Shown here: piece by piece, positions 19,588 to 29,104 of the stretch
Layout: every line of letters begins with the position of its first letter
How positions within the stretch are numbered: position 1 is the stretch's first letter
IMG/VR virus record: IMGVR_UViG_3300043395_003089
Coordinates: 25,168 to 89,167 of that record
DNA length: 64,000 nt
Source of the DNA: a virus
Strand: one strand, 5' to 3'
Notes under the pieces: model-generated
The model's database searches: none
What the model was told of the DNA's origin: nothing
Seen by the model: only the letters and a program-made list of their open reading frames with translations
Position numbers and translations under genes: made by a program

Positions 19588-20148
19588 TCACGACACGTGC
19601 CTCCACGCGGTGATGTAGAGGTAGCCGTGCGAGCCGTTCGGGTTGGCCACGATCGTGTATTCGCCGTCGGTGAAGCGCACGAGCGCCTCGGGGCCGTCCA
19701 TCTCGGGATGCCGCGAGCCCATCGCGCGGCAGAGCGTCACGAGCATCGGGCGCGCGGTGTCGTCGATCCACTTGCCCATCGTCTGCACGCGAGTCTTGCC
19801 CTCGGCGTCGAGCGCACCGAACGAGGACCAGCCCATGCGATCCCAGAGCAGATCGATCGACGGCTCGTAGGTCGTGCTCGTCAGCTTGCGCCCGCGGCTG
19901 ATCTTGATCTTGCCGGTCGCGGTGTGCACGGGCTTGGTGACGGAACGCCACGAGTAGATCGCGCGAGCGCCCCATGCGAGCGTCACGCCCTCGGGAATCG
20001 CGTGGGTCAGTCCCCACGGCGGTTTGATGAACGTGCGTTCGTGCTCGGGCGCGACCTTGCTGGTTTCGATCGGGCACTTCTCTTGAAGATGCGCGGTGCC
20101 GGTAGTTCCCGGACAATCGTCGCGCCCGCATTCGTAGATCGGTTTCAT
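19588..20148 (-). CDS. hypothetical protein
   Basis: Start after conserved AAGGACATACCCC-ATG leader. Confidence 0.7.
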   Translation of the reverse strand: MKPIYECGRDDCPGTTGTAHLQEKCPIETSKVAPEHERTFIKPPWGLTHAIPEGVTLAWGARAIYSWRSVTKPVHTATGKIKISRGRKLTSTTYEPSIDLLWDRMGWSSFGALDAEGKTRVQTMGKWIDDTARPMLVTLCRAMGSRHPEMDGPEALVRFTDGEYTIVANPNGSHGYLYITAWRHVS

Positions 20149-20228
20149 GGGGGTATGTCCTTGGTTGTGGTTGCGAGCTAGAGCTACTCGGCCGCGCCGC
20201 GAGCTGTCTCGCGGCACCGACGAACGCG

Positions 20229-20486
20229 CTAGGTCAGATACGGCACGCGCCCGGAGCGCGAAGCGAACCAATAGATCAACTGATCGACGGTGAGATTGCC
20301 CGGCACGCGCTCGGGCCATGCGAGCGTCCACACGTCGTCATCGTCGGGGCGCACGGCGAAGGCTTCGAGCCGACGCGGCTTGTAGTAGACATACAGCGCG
20401 AGCGTCGGATCGCGCATCAACAGCGCGTGCGCGGCGCGTGCCGCTCGTGCGGTCTCGTTGTTGTGGAACAGTGCATCGCTCGACAT
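20229..20486 (-). CDS. hypothetical protein
   Basis: GGAGG SD; natural ORF. Confidence 0.6.
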   Translation of the reverse strand: MSSDALFHNNETARAARAAHALLMRDPTLALYVYYKPRRLEAFAVRPDDDDVWTLAWPERVPGNLTVDQLIYWFASRSGRVPYLT

Positions 20487-20488
20487 GG

Positions 20489-20983
20489 CTAGCCCTCCAT
20501 CGCTTGGACAGAGACTCGGTTCTCGATCAGCTCGATCACCGGAGCGATCACGTCGTTCGTGGTCAGCTCGTCAGCCTCGGGCTCGAAAGGCTCGTATAGC
20601 TCACGAGCGAATTCCTGCGCCGCTTCGAGCAACGTGCTCGAATCGAGATCGTCGTGCGCGTCGATCTCGATCTGGTACCGCGTGAAACCCTCGGGGGGCG
20701 CTTCGCCCTTGTCATGCGGCTTCGCGAGCGTTTGCCCCGTCGCGCGCTCGGCGAGCGACACGAGCCCCTCGGCGAGCGATTCGAGGTACTCGCCTTGATC
20801 CCACGAATCGCCGCATGAAGGGCCCCAGTCGGCCGTGACGAACGGGTGATCGTCGTCGGGGCGATGCACGAGCACCACGAGTTGGTGCCCGACGTTGATC
20901 GAGCCCTTGGACTTGAGCATGGCGCCCGTGACGCGCGGCAACGCCGCGATCACCGAGTGCCCGTTGAGTGTCTGAGGAATCAT
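20489..20983 (-). CDS. hypothetical protein
   Basis: Start after AAAGACATACCTC-ATG leader. Confidence 0.7.
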   Translation of the reverse strand: MIPQTLNGHSVIAALPRVTGAMLKSKGSINVGHQLVVLVHRPDDDHPFVTADWGPSCGDSWDQGEYLESLAEGLVSLAERATGQTLAKPHDKGEAPPEGFTRYQIEIDAHDDLDSSTLLEAAQEFARELYEPFEPEADELTTNDVIAPVIELIENRVSVQAMEG

Positions 20984-21142
20984 GAGGTATGTCTTTCGTT
21001 GGTGGTTGCGAGCTAGAGCCTCTAGTGAGCGCACGAGCCATCGCGGCTAGGCTTTCCCGTTCTTTGACCGCACGTTCAAGCGATGGCCGGTTCGCGGATC
21101 CGGCGACGCTTGCCCGCTTGTGATGTTCAACTCGTGCGCTCG

Positions 21143-21454
21143 CTACAGCCTCCAGCGCAGCGACGCGGCGACGCGCACGCGCTCTAAGTTGAACGGGTTC
21201 TCCGCAGCGTGCGGTGTGTCCGCGAACATCGCCGCTTCATCGAACGAGCGCCCGCCGACAAGGGCCGCGAGGCGCACGACTTCGCGTTGAAGTCTCGCGC
21301 GCTCGTCGATCGCGTACTGCGGTTGCTCGGTGTCAGGGATGACGGCGCGCGGGTCGCCCTCGGGGTACGAGAGATCGATCCACCGTTGTTCGTAGACTCG
21401 CAACTGCATCATGGCAGTCTTGAGCGTGGCGAGATGTCGGTTGTAGCGGATCAT
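21143..21454 (-). CDS. hypothetical protein
   Basis: ATGA coupling. Confidence 0.55.
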   Translation of the reverse strand: MIRYNRHLATLKTAMMQLRVYEQRWIDLSYPEGDPRAVIPDTEQPQYAIDERARLQREVVRLAALVGGRSFDEAAMFADTPHAAENPFNLERVRVAASLRWRL

Positions 21455-21630
21455 GATCGAGTGCCCCCTGCGCACCACGCGCGATAGAGGCGCGCGGCGC
21501 GCTTGTTCTTGGTCCAGTCCGGCACGAAGCCACCCCGCGCGATCCACGCCGCGAGATCGCGGCATGCGTCGCGCCGCTCGGTCGCGTCGCTCGCGTCGCC
21601 GATACGGTTAAGGCACGCTTGCGGGTCCAT
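21451..21630 (-). CDS. small phage protein (MDPxA...LxxWxxxGGFxP type)
   Basis: MDPQACLNRI...LAAWIARGGFVPDW. Confidence 0.65.
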   Translation of the reverse strand: MDPQACLNRIGDASDATERRDACRDLAAWIARGGFVPDWTKNKRAARLYRAWCAGGTRS

Positions 21631-21632
21631 CG

Positions 21633-21941
21633 CTACACGCGCCCTTTCCAGGCTTCCGGCTTGTCGCCGCGATCCCACGCGTCGCGGAGCACGCGAGCGC
21701 TCGCGCCCCACAAATCATCGTCGGTCGCCTCGCGCCCGAGCACGAGCACGAGCCACGCGCCGAACGTGGGCCGTTCTTCGATCGCGACGCGATGCGTGTA
21801 GCCCTTGTCGCGGATCATGGCGCGATGGTTGTTCGCGGCGTGCTCGGCTTGCTTCGCCGTCATCCAACGCGAGGTATGCACGGGCGCGGGGGCGCCCTCG
21901 ACGCGAACCGTCACGCGATGCGTAGCGTTGTCGCTCGCCAC
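21633..21941 (-). CDS. hypothetical protein
   Basis: GTG start just after upstream stop. Confidence 0.5.
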   Translation of the reverse strand: MASDNATHRVTVRVEGAPAPVHTSRWMTAKQAEHAANNHRAMIRDKGYTHRVAIEERPTFGAWLVLVLGREATDDDLWGASARVLRDAWDRGDKPEAWKGRV

Positions 21942-21945
21942 GGGC

Positions 21946-23994
21946 CTACTCCAACTCCAACATCGCGCCACGAAGCGCGGTGTCATCGGTGAGCGGTTCG
22001 AGCGCGCGGCGCAGGTCGTTGATCAGCGCTTTCGCGTTGGTGACCGACTCGGCGCCGAGCACGGTCTCATAGCCAGCGACGCGCGCCGCGACCGTGCCGA
22101 TCTCGCGCAAGAGGCGCGCGGCGATCGTGGGACTCACGGTCGCGCGCTTGTACGCCGCTTCGCCCTCGGCATCAATATAGGCTTCGCTCGCGTTGTGCCG
22201 CTTCGCCGCTTTCTCGCGCGCTTTCTCGCGCGCCGCTTCGCGCGCCTTGATGGTCTGCTCGGCGTAGTCATCGGCGATCGCTTGCGCCTCGACGGTGAGA
22301 CCGCGGGTCAGCGACGAGAACAGATCCGGGCCCGTCGTGACGCTGATCGTTTCGTGGTCGCCCCACAAAGGCGAGATCGCCGCGATCAGCGCGCGAACGG
22401 CTGTCGCGTGGCCCGGCGGGACGTACCACACGTGACCGCGCTTGACCGCGCCGTGCCGCGTGCGCAGCACGCGACCGAGCCACGGGGTGAGCACGCGCGA
22501 CGTCAGAGCCACGCTCGCGACGCTCGCGCTGTAGGCGTCGCGGACCATGTCCGCGAGCCGCGGGTTGCCGCGGAACTTGAGCAAGCCGGATTCCGCGTCG
22601 CCCTCGACGAGATCGACGAACAGCTCAGCCGTACCGTAGGCATCGCCCGGCAACGCCGCGCGATCACCGCCGAGGGCGCGACCCACGAGCCACGTAGCCT
22701 TGACGCCCGCGGGCGTCGCGCTCTTGCTGAGGCGCTTAACGTCCCAATCGCGCCCGCGGAGCGTATCGACGGCAAGCCCCGCGTAGTGTTCCGCGCTCGG
22801 CACTCCGGGCGCGTCGCTCTCGCGCTCGATCGCGATCAGCCCGTCGGTGACCTTACCGTGCTCCGTCGAGCCGGCACCCGTCCAAGAGACCTGCAACCAA
22901 CCATCGGCCGCGATAGCGCCCGCGATCAAGTCGCGCTCCGACAGCAAGCGCTGACGCTCGGTCAACGTCGCGCCGCGCGTGGCGTTCGTCGGCACGAACG
23001 CGCGTTGTGCACGGGGCAGGGCGAAGATCCCGATGCTCGCGCCGCTGTCGACGGACGCGCTACCGTTGCCGCGTGTCGTCGGTTCCACGTAGGCCGCTTC
23101 GCGTTGCGCCGTCGCGATATTCGCGCCCTCGGTTGCGATGTTCGCGAGCGCGCTTTCGACGGCCGCGATCTCGCTCGCGAGACCCTGGATCGCCGTGTCG
23201 TCGCGGAGTGCCGCGGGGATCATGCTCGCGGGGATCGCATCGGGCATGAGGGACGAGAGCGGAATCGCGCCCTCGGGCGTGTTGATCACGGGCGCCGTGC
23301 GCTCGTCGCGAACCGTCACGACGGGCGCGCTACCCGCAGCGACACGAGGGCGCGGCGCCATATCGGCGTCGGTCGTATCGCGGACGGTCACGTAGGCCAC
23401 GCCGGGCTCGGAGTGCACGATTCCCGTGACGGTCTTACGCTGCGACTGGCCACCGTTCGCGCGCTGCACGCGCAGCACGGTCCCGACGGTGACAGGATCG
23501 GTCGGGTCGTGGTCGACCCGCGCGCCCCACATATCGGGCGACACGCGGCGCGCTTTCTCGCTACCCGTCGCCGGGCGGAACGAGGCGCCCTGCGCCATGA
23601 GGGGCACCCACGTGGCCGGGCGCACCACGGGAACAGACAGCACGGGTGCGCTCGGGGCGTCCGTCACGACGGGGATCGCCTGTCGTTCGGTGGCCGGCGG
23701 GGGCGCGCTCGCGCTCGGCGCGCTACGCGCCGCTTGGATCGCCTCGAACTTGGCGTTGTACGCCTCGGTAAGCAGCGCCCGATGGGCCTTCGAGAGCGCT
23801 TCCACGCGCTCGCGCTCCGGGCCCCCCTTGCTGTAGGGGCGCACGAGCGCTTGGAGGGCCGCGAGCGCGATCTCCGGGGGGAGCGGCACGATCGCGCCGA
23901 TCGCCACGAGCAGCGTCGCGAGCCACGCGGGCGGGTCGAGATCGAGCATGAACGTTTCGTTGTTGTCGGTCGGGGGGAGCGCGGGAGTGGCCAT
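21946..23994 (-). CDS. large Ala-rich hypothetical protein, first gene of the leftward early-type operon
   Basis: ~680-aa ORF with natural composition; the + strand 766-aa ORF is its shadow. Confidence 0.75.
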   Translation of the reverse strand: MATPALPPTDNNETFMLDLDPPAWLATLLVAIGAIVPLPPEIALAALQALVRPYSKGGPERERVEALSKAHRALLTEAYNAKFEAIQAARSAPSASAPPPATERQAIPVVTDAPSAPVLSVPVVRPATWVPLMAQGASFRPATGSEKARRVSPDMWGARVDHDPTDPVTVGTVLRVQRANGGQSQRKTVTGIVHSEPGVAYVTVRDTTDADMAPRPRVAAGSAPVVTVRDERTAPVINTPEGAIPLSSLMPDAIPASMIPAALRDDTAIQGLASEIAAVESALANIATEGANIATAQREAAYVEPTTRGNGSASVDSGASIGIFALPRAQRAFVPTNATRGATLTERQRLLSERDLIAGAIAADGWLQVSWTGAGSTEHGKVTDGLIAIERESDAPGVPSAEHYAGLAVDTLRGRDWDVKRLSKSATPAGVKATWLVGRALGGDRAALPGDAYGTAELFVDLVEGDAESGLLKFRGNPRLADMVRDAYSASVASVALTSRVLTPWLGRVLRTRHGAVKRGHVWYVPPGHATAVRALIAAISPLWGDHETISVTTGPDLFSSLTRGLTVEAQAIADDYAEQTIKAREAAREKAREKAAKRHNASEAYIDAEGEAAYKRATVSPTIAARLLREIGTVAARVAGYETVLGAESVTNAKALINDLRRALEPLTDDTALRGAMLELE

Positions 23995-24117
23995 GTCGGG
24001 GGTACCTTTCGGGTCCTGCATAGGGGTTTTTGGGGTGGACTCGAACGATATCCATCCGGCGGGCGATTGTCAAACACATTGTTTTCCTCCTTAGATTTCG
24101 CATAGTTACAAGGACGG

Positions 24118-24416
24118 ATCCGAGTCGTCGAATCGGATAATAGCCGCGTTCGAGGCATGGGATCCCGCTCGGATCTGACCGGATCTCGCGCTTTCCAGAC
24201 TCGGATCACGCGGTTGCGCGCTCGGATAGTTCCGCGTGGAACTATCCGAAATCACTCGGATTTATCCGAGTCACGCCCGCGCGCCGGGCGCCACGGATCG
24301 CGCGGGTGGGGGGCTTCGAGCTTCCAGCCAGACGCATTGTTTGACACTCGGATTCGAGCTCGCTAAAGTCGACGCCAGCGTTGACCATTTTCGAGTGGAG
24401 CTCGAATGACTCGGAT
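24118..24416. repeat. array of 8 CTCGGAT heptamers in divergent intergenic region
   Basis: Forward at 24168, 24200, 24221, 24255, 24347, 24410; reverse at 24118, 24264. Confidence 0.75.
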
Positions 24417-24421
24417 CTAAA

Positions 24422-24790
24422 ATGCCTCGGCACTACCAGCGGCAGACGCCATTCGATCACTCGTCAGGGCGCAGCCCGCGCGTGGTCGACTACGTTGGCG
24501 TGCGCCTCGGCGTCGAGCTTCGCCAGCGCGCGATCATGGCAGCCGAGCAGCTCGGGATCCCGCTCTCGGAGTGGGTCCGGCTCGTGGTCGCCAACGCGCT
24601 CGCGAACGGCAACGCCGGCATGAACGGGATCGGCGATCCGACGAACGCCGGCTATCTACATGGCCGCTCGCTCGGCTTCGCGCTCGCGCAACAGCAAGTG
24701 GCCAACGCGGTACGCGCCGCGATCGAGGGCTCGCCGAGCAGCGTCGAGGAAGCGACCGCGCGCGGGATGCTGCCGCCTGCGACCTACTAG
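24422..24790 (+). CDS. ribbon-helix-helix (CopG/Arc-like) regulator
   Basis: YVGVRL...LRQRAIMAAEQLGIPLSEWVRLVV pattern. Confidence 0.7.
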   Translation: MPRHYQRQTPFDHSSGRSPRVVDYVGVRLGVELRQRAIMAAEQLGIPLSEWVRLVVANALANGNAGMNGIGDPTNAGYLHGRSLGFALAQQQVANAVRAAIEGSPSSVEEATARGMLPPATY

Positions 24791-24820
24791 CTGTCAGCCC
24801 AGCGAGCTAGTCTCGTATGC

Positions 24821-25042
24821 ATGATCGCAACCGTGAAGACGCGGCGCTCGCCAAAGCCGTGCATCGTGTTTCGTACTGCCAAGACCGGCTTCGTCACCGT
24901 CGAGACGCAAACGTATTGCGGTGAGACCGTGCCGGCGGCAGACGGCGTCACGCAGCTCCCTGACGAGATCGAGTGCTGCACCGATTGCGAAACTGCCGTC
25001 AAGCAAGCCATCGAGGCTCTGAAGGCAGTCGCTTCGACGTGA
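24821..25042 (+). CDS. small Cys-containing protein
   Basis: Class I motif 7 nt upstream. Confidence 0.6.
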   Translation: MIATVKTRRSPKPCIVFRTAKTGFVTVETQTYCGETVPAADGVTQLPDEIECCTDCETAVKQAIEALKAVAST

Positions 25043-25059
25043 AACTCCGCAGCGAAGCC

Positions 25060-25437
25060 TTAGCGCTCCGGTGTCACGTGCGCGCGGAGCTCGACGATCG
25101 CGAGATCGCCGTTGCCGAGCCCGACGCCAGTGACGCGCAGCGAGCGCGCTGTCGCCGTGTTGAACTTGCCGGCGATCGTCGAGGCTGCCGTCGACTGGAT
25201 GACCGGCGTGATGAGCAACGAGAAAAGCCCCGTGCCCGGCGCCGCTGCCCAGATCGTGTTGTCGGTGATCGCTTCGAGGAGCTGCTTGAGCAAGCTTGGC
25301 CCCGGGCCTGCTGTCGCGGCATCGGTGATGAGCTGCGTTTGCAGCACGTCGCCCACCAACGAGCCCGAGCCATCGTAGGCGTACTCGTATTTGAGGGCGT
25401 TGGGGGTCGCGGACTTGAGGGTCATTGTTGCAGCCAT
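25060..25437 (-). CDS. putative structural protein
   Basis: GTGGTAGGGT 6 nt upstream; A/T/G-rich beta composition. Confidence 0.65.
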   Translation of the reverse strand: MAATMTLKSATPNALKYEYAYDGSGSLVGDVLQTQLITDAATAGPGPSLLKQLLEAITDNTIWAAAPGTGLFSLLITPVIQSTAASTIAGKFNTATARSLRVTGVGLGNGDLAIVELRAHVTPER

Positions 25438-25476
25438 GGCCTGACCCTACCACAATAGGCTGACGCGTTGTCAGCC

Positions 25477-26376
25477 CTACGCGGGCGCAGGGTTCAGCCA
25501 CGTCAGGAGCGTCAACGTATCGCAGCCGACGATGCCATCGGCCGAAAGCCCATAGCAGCTCTGGACGTCTTTGATCCGCGCCTCGGTCGCTGGGCCAAAG
25601 TCTCCGTCGATAGCGAGCTTGCCCGCGCGAGCTTGGATCCATTTGACCATCTCGCCGGTCGCGCCGCGCTTCACGAGATTGATCGTGTTGGTGTCGACGG
25701 CGCCCGGCGAGAATCCGGGCATCCCGAGCGCGTCGCCCGCGTACTGGTAGATCAACCACTGGTTGCCCCACGCCGGGATGTACGTCGGATGCGCCGGCAT
25801 GCCGGTGAAGCGCACGGGCTGACCAACATCCCAGAGCCACGGCTTGGCGAGCCAGAGTGGGCAGTTGATCAACTTGCCGGGCGCGTGGTTCTTGAGAACT
25901 TCATTCCATACGCGTGCACTCGTGTACATGCCGGGCCATGCGCCGTAGTACAGGCGCAACGCGATCGCGGCTTCGAGGATCCACGCGAAGTATTGATCCG
26001 ACGAGAGCACATCGGATTCCTGTTCGACGTCGAAGAACGGCACCATGTTGCGCGCGGGCGAGCCGAGCACCGGAGCTTTCAGCTCGGCGCCAACGTAATC
26101 AATGAAGGCCTTGACCTGTTCTTTCGGGCTCGGAACATTCGGCGCTTTCTTCGTCGGTACGGTGATGAAGATGTAGGCGCTGCGGTTGAGCCCAGCGGCG
26201 AGGATCGTCGCCTTGTCGCGGTCCCAGTAGCTGTCTCGAATCGGCGCCGTGAAGCCACCGAAGATCGCGCGCGGGATGATGAGGCGTGTACCGACGGCCT
26301 TCGCCTGCGTTAGCCCTGCGACGGTTAACGCTTTGATCGTGTCGGTGTTCGCGTAATCGACGCCGAATTGGGTCAT
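25477..26376 (-). CDS. endolysin: GH25 muramidase + peptidoglycan-binding domain
   Basis: FGVDY, FDVE, YTS, LWLA, YQY, VDTN; C-terminal DGDFGPAT...DGIVG. Confidence 0.88.
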   Translation of the reverse strand: MTQFGVDYANTDTIKALTVAGLTQAKAVGTRLIIPRAIFGGFTAPIRDSYWDRDKATILAAGLNRSAYIFITVPTKKAPNVPSPKEQVKAFIDYVGAELKAPVLGSPARNMVPFFDVEQESDVLSSDQYFAWILEAAIALRLYYGAWPGMYTSARVWNEVLKNHAPGKLINCPLWLAKPWLWDVGQPVRFTGMPAHPTYIPAWGNQWLIYQYAGDALGMPGFSPGAVDTNTINLVKRGATGEMVKWIQARAGKLAIDGDFGPATEARIKDVQSCYGLSADGIVGCDTLTLLTWLNPAPA

Positions 26377-26705
26377 GGCTTGATCTCCTCGATATCGAGG
26401 ATCTCGTTGAGCTTGGGGAACGCTGGATCGATCTTGTCGAACGAGTCGAGCACGTGCTGTTGCGGGGGCCCGAGCTTGGAGAGCTGCAACGCGAGGTTCG
26501 TGACAGCCGCTTGCTGTTCGAGCTCGTCTTGCATCGCGCGCACGTAGGCCTCTTGCGCGCGGCGCCGGATCTTGTCGATCTTGGCCTTGGCGTCATCGCT
26601 CGACGTGTCGCCTTGGAGCGCGTGCCAGAGGAAGCGTACGAGCTCCTCGCCACCATCGATGAACAGGCGAAGGATCTGGGGATCGATTTCGGGCCAGCCT
26701 GACAT
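26373..26705 (-). CDS. hypothetical protein coupled to endolysin
   Basis: GTGGTAGGCT motif upstream; ATGA overlap. Confidence 0.65.
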   Translation of the reverse strand: MSGWPEIDPQILRLFIDGGEELVRFLWHALQGDTSSDDAKAKIDKIRRRAQEAYVRAMQDELEQQAAVTNLALQLSKLGPPQQHVLDSFDKIDPAFPKLNEILDIEEIKP

Positions 26706-26730
26706 GCTGTCAGCCTACCACGTAGATACG

Positions 26731-27762
26731 CTAGCTCGCGTAGAGGACGAATTCGATGACGTCGTTCGAGACAAGCGCATTGGACGGCTCGGCGATGAAT
26801 GCCGTCGTCGAACGCGAACCCTTGGGACAATCCCAGCCAACGATCGAAGCGACACCCGCGTTGGTTGGCTGCACAGCGTAGTTGGTGTTCGCGACAGCGG
26901 CCATCGTGACAGTGAGCCGTGTCTCGCCGCCAGTCGCCGTGATCGCGACGACGCGTTGCACGCTCGGGAGGTTCGCGCTCGCCGTGATCGTGTTGCCAGC
27001 AACGCCGAACGAGATGCTGTTGCTGTTCGAGAACACGACTTCGCCGTTGGTTGCACGCGTGGTGCCGCCCGAGATCGACTTGATCGCTGCAAACGTCGCC
27101 GTCAGCGTCTGTGCGTTGAGCCCGAACGAGATGTTGTTCGAGTTGCTGAAGATGACCGCGCCCGTCGTCGCGACTTCGGTTCCGGCGCTGATCGCGACAC
27201 CCGTCGCCGTGCCACCGACGGTCTGCACGCTTGCCGTGATCGTGTTACCGTTCATGCCAAACGTCACGCCGTTGCCGTTGAGGAAGCTGACGGTTGGTCC
27301 GGTTGCCGTCGAGCCCAGCGCGATTACGCTGCGGAACGCGTCACCGGACATCGTCATCTGCGAGCTGCCCGAGAGCCCGAACGAGTAGCCGTTCGAGTTG
27401 CTGAACACGACGGTGCCAGTCGCTGCGGTTTGTGTACCGCCTGCGAGCGCGACGCCCGCGCCCGCGCCCGAACCGCCGCCCGCACCTTGCATGATAAACG
27501 GTAGGGCTGTGATGCCACCGGGCGGCTCGGCGTCTTCGATCGAGTGCCAGAGCTCGACGGCGGCATCGACGGCCGCTTGACCGCTTGGCGTTCGCTCGAT
27601 GGTCAGGTTGGACGCATCGACCGAGACGTTGAATCCGCCACCGTTGAGCCAGACATTGTCCGGCGCCAGTGGCAACGCGTTGCGATTCAGGCTGTGGGCT
27701 TGCGAAGCGGTGACCCCGATCGCAAGGCCGGTGAACCGCAGGACGTTTTTGAGGATTGACAC
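26731..27762 (-). CDS. fibre/spike protein with ~40-aa repeats
   Basis: Repeats ISxGTxxATxGxVxFSNSNxxSFGxxxxTITAS. Confidence 0.8.
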   Translation of the reverse strand: MSILKNVLRFTGLAIGVTASQAHSLNRNALPLAPDNVWLNGGGFNVSVDASNLTIERTPSGQAAVDAAVELWHSIEDAEPPGGITALPFIMQGAGGGSGAGAGVALAGGTQTAATGTVVFSNSNGYSFGLSGSSQMTMSGDAFRSVIALGSTATGPTVSFLNGNGVTFGMNGNTITASVQTVGGTATGVAISAGTEVATTGAVIFSNSNNISFGLNAQTLTATFAAIKSISGGTTRATNGEVVFSNSNSISFGVAGNTITASANLPSVQRVVAITATGGETRLTVTMAAVANTNYAVQPTNAGVASIVGWDCPKGSRSTTAFIAEPSNALVSNDVIEFVLYAS

Positions 27763-27794
27763 GAAACGACGATATCACATCGTCGAAACGCGGC

Positions 27795-28634
27795 CTACGC
27801 AGCCTTGAAGCGCTTGGCGTATTGCTCCATGCAAGCCCGCAGCGCCGTCGAGACCGGGCGCATCTCGACGCCTAGGGCTGACAGCCGCGTGTTTTGCAAG
27901 ATGCAATTCGAGCGACCCTTAGAGATCAGGCCTAGGGACAAGAGCTTGTCGCTGGAGATCCATTCGTTGGTGTGCGTCGGGTCGACGAGCTGCTCGTAGA
28001 GAGCAATCAAGTCGCGGTGCCGCATGGCGCCATCGTTGACGGCATGGAACACGCCTGTCGCCTGTTGCTCGACGATCGCTTGCACCGCGCGCACGAGATC
28101 ATCGATCACTGTCACCGAGTTTTCGACATCGATGATCTTGGGGTAGCCCGCGAGCTTGGTGATCAGGTTGCGGGGCCCTGGGATGCTGTCGATCGGCATG
28201 CGTAGCCGTACGACCGCGACGTTATCGAGATCCGACAACACGATGTCGCTCGCATACTTCGAGCGCGAGTAGAACGCCGACGGGTTCGCGTGATCGGTTT
28301 CGTGCCAGCCCTTGGGGTCCGGCGACTGCCCGTAGAAAATACAGCCCGAGCTAAGGTGCGTCAGATGGATATCAAGCTCGGCACAAGCGTCCGCGAGCAC
28401 GAGCGCGCCGATCGTGTTCGAGCGCATCGTGATCGTCTTGTTCGCTTCGCACCAGTCGACGTTCGGTAGCCCGGTCTTGCCCGCTGCGTTGATGACGGCT
28501 CGCGGCTCGTGGTAGCGCAGCAACGTCGTCATGAAATTGCGATCGCTGATGTCCTGCGAGATCAAGCGAGCGTCGGGAATCACCGACGCTAGCTTGTGGC
28601 CCAGAAACCCGGCGCCGAAGATCAAGACGGTCAT
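27795..28634 (-). CDS. NDP-4-keto-6-deoxysugar epimerase/reductase (RmlD / NRS-ER-like)
   Basis: GAGFLG Rossmann motif, AAGKTGxPNVDWCE, SSGCI, YSRSK, LRMP. Confidence 0.9.
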   Translation of the reverse strand: MTVLIFGAGFLGHKLASVIPDARLISQDISDRNFMTTLLRYHEPRAVINAAGKTGLPNVDWCEANKTITMRSNTIGALVLADACAELDIHLTHLSSGCIFYGQSPDPKGWHETDHANPSAFYSRSKYASDIVLSDLDNVAVVRLRMPIDSIPGPRNLITKLAGYPKIIDVENSVTVIDDLVRAVQAIVEQQATGVFHAVNDGAMRHRDLIALYEQLVDPTHTNEWISSDKLLSLGLISKGRSNCILQNTRLSALGVEMRPVSTALRACMEQYAKRFKAA

Positions 28635-29104
28635 TCGTTGTTGTCCCGCGATTGCCCGTAGCGTGGCGAGATACCAAAGGAGACGCCACTCACTCCTGAA
28701 TAAACGATCGCGCTTGTCACCGTTGCCGCTGGACGCGTCGCTGCCTCGACCGGCTTGTTCGCGAACACGACTTCCGCTGTTGGCGGCGCGAGCGCTTTCG
28801 CCGCGTCTTCCTCGTCACGCTTGCGCCTTGCAATCGCCGCTCGTGCAAGCAACTCGCTCGCGCGTTCGAGCATCTCCTCCGAGCAGTCGCCAAGCTCGGC
28901 ACTCGCGATGATCTTGAGCAGCCGCTCCTCGTCAGCCTTGCGCGCTTTTTCGTAGGCCTGTGCGATCGCCTGTAGGATGGGCTCGACGATGGTTTCTACT
29001 TCGTGGCGTCGGTTGGTAGCCTGCGAGTTATATTCGGTGATGCGGCTCGCTCGAAGCGAGAGCACCATATCGACTACCGAGAAGACATCGAGCTCCAACT
29101 TCAC
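28631..29104 (-). CDS. hypothetical protein
   Basis: GTGA/ATGA coupling at both ends. Confidence 0.55.
   Translation of the reverse strand: MKLELDVFSVVDMVLSLRASRITEYNSQATNRRHEVETIVEPILQAIAQAYEKARKADEERLLKIIASAELGDCSEEMLERASELLARAAIARRKRDEEDAAKALAPPTAEVVFANKPVEAATRPAATVTSAIVYSGVSGVSFGISPRYGQSRDNNE

Noticed and set aside
21805-24105. 766-aa + strand ORF
   Set aside because: Arg-rich antisense shadow of the real minus-strand gene, typical of high-GC DNA
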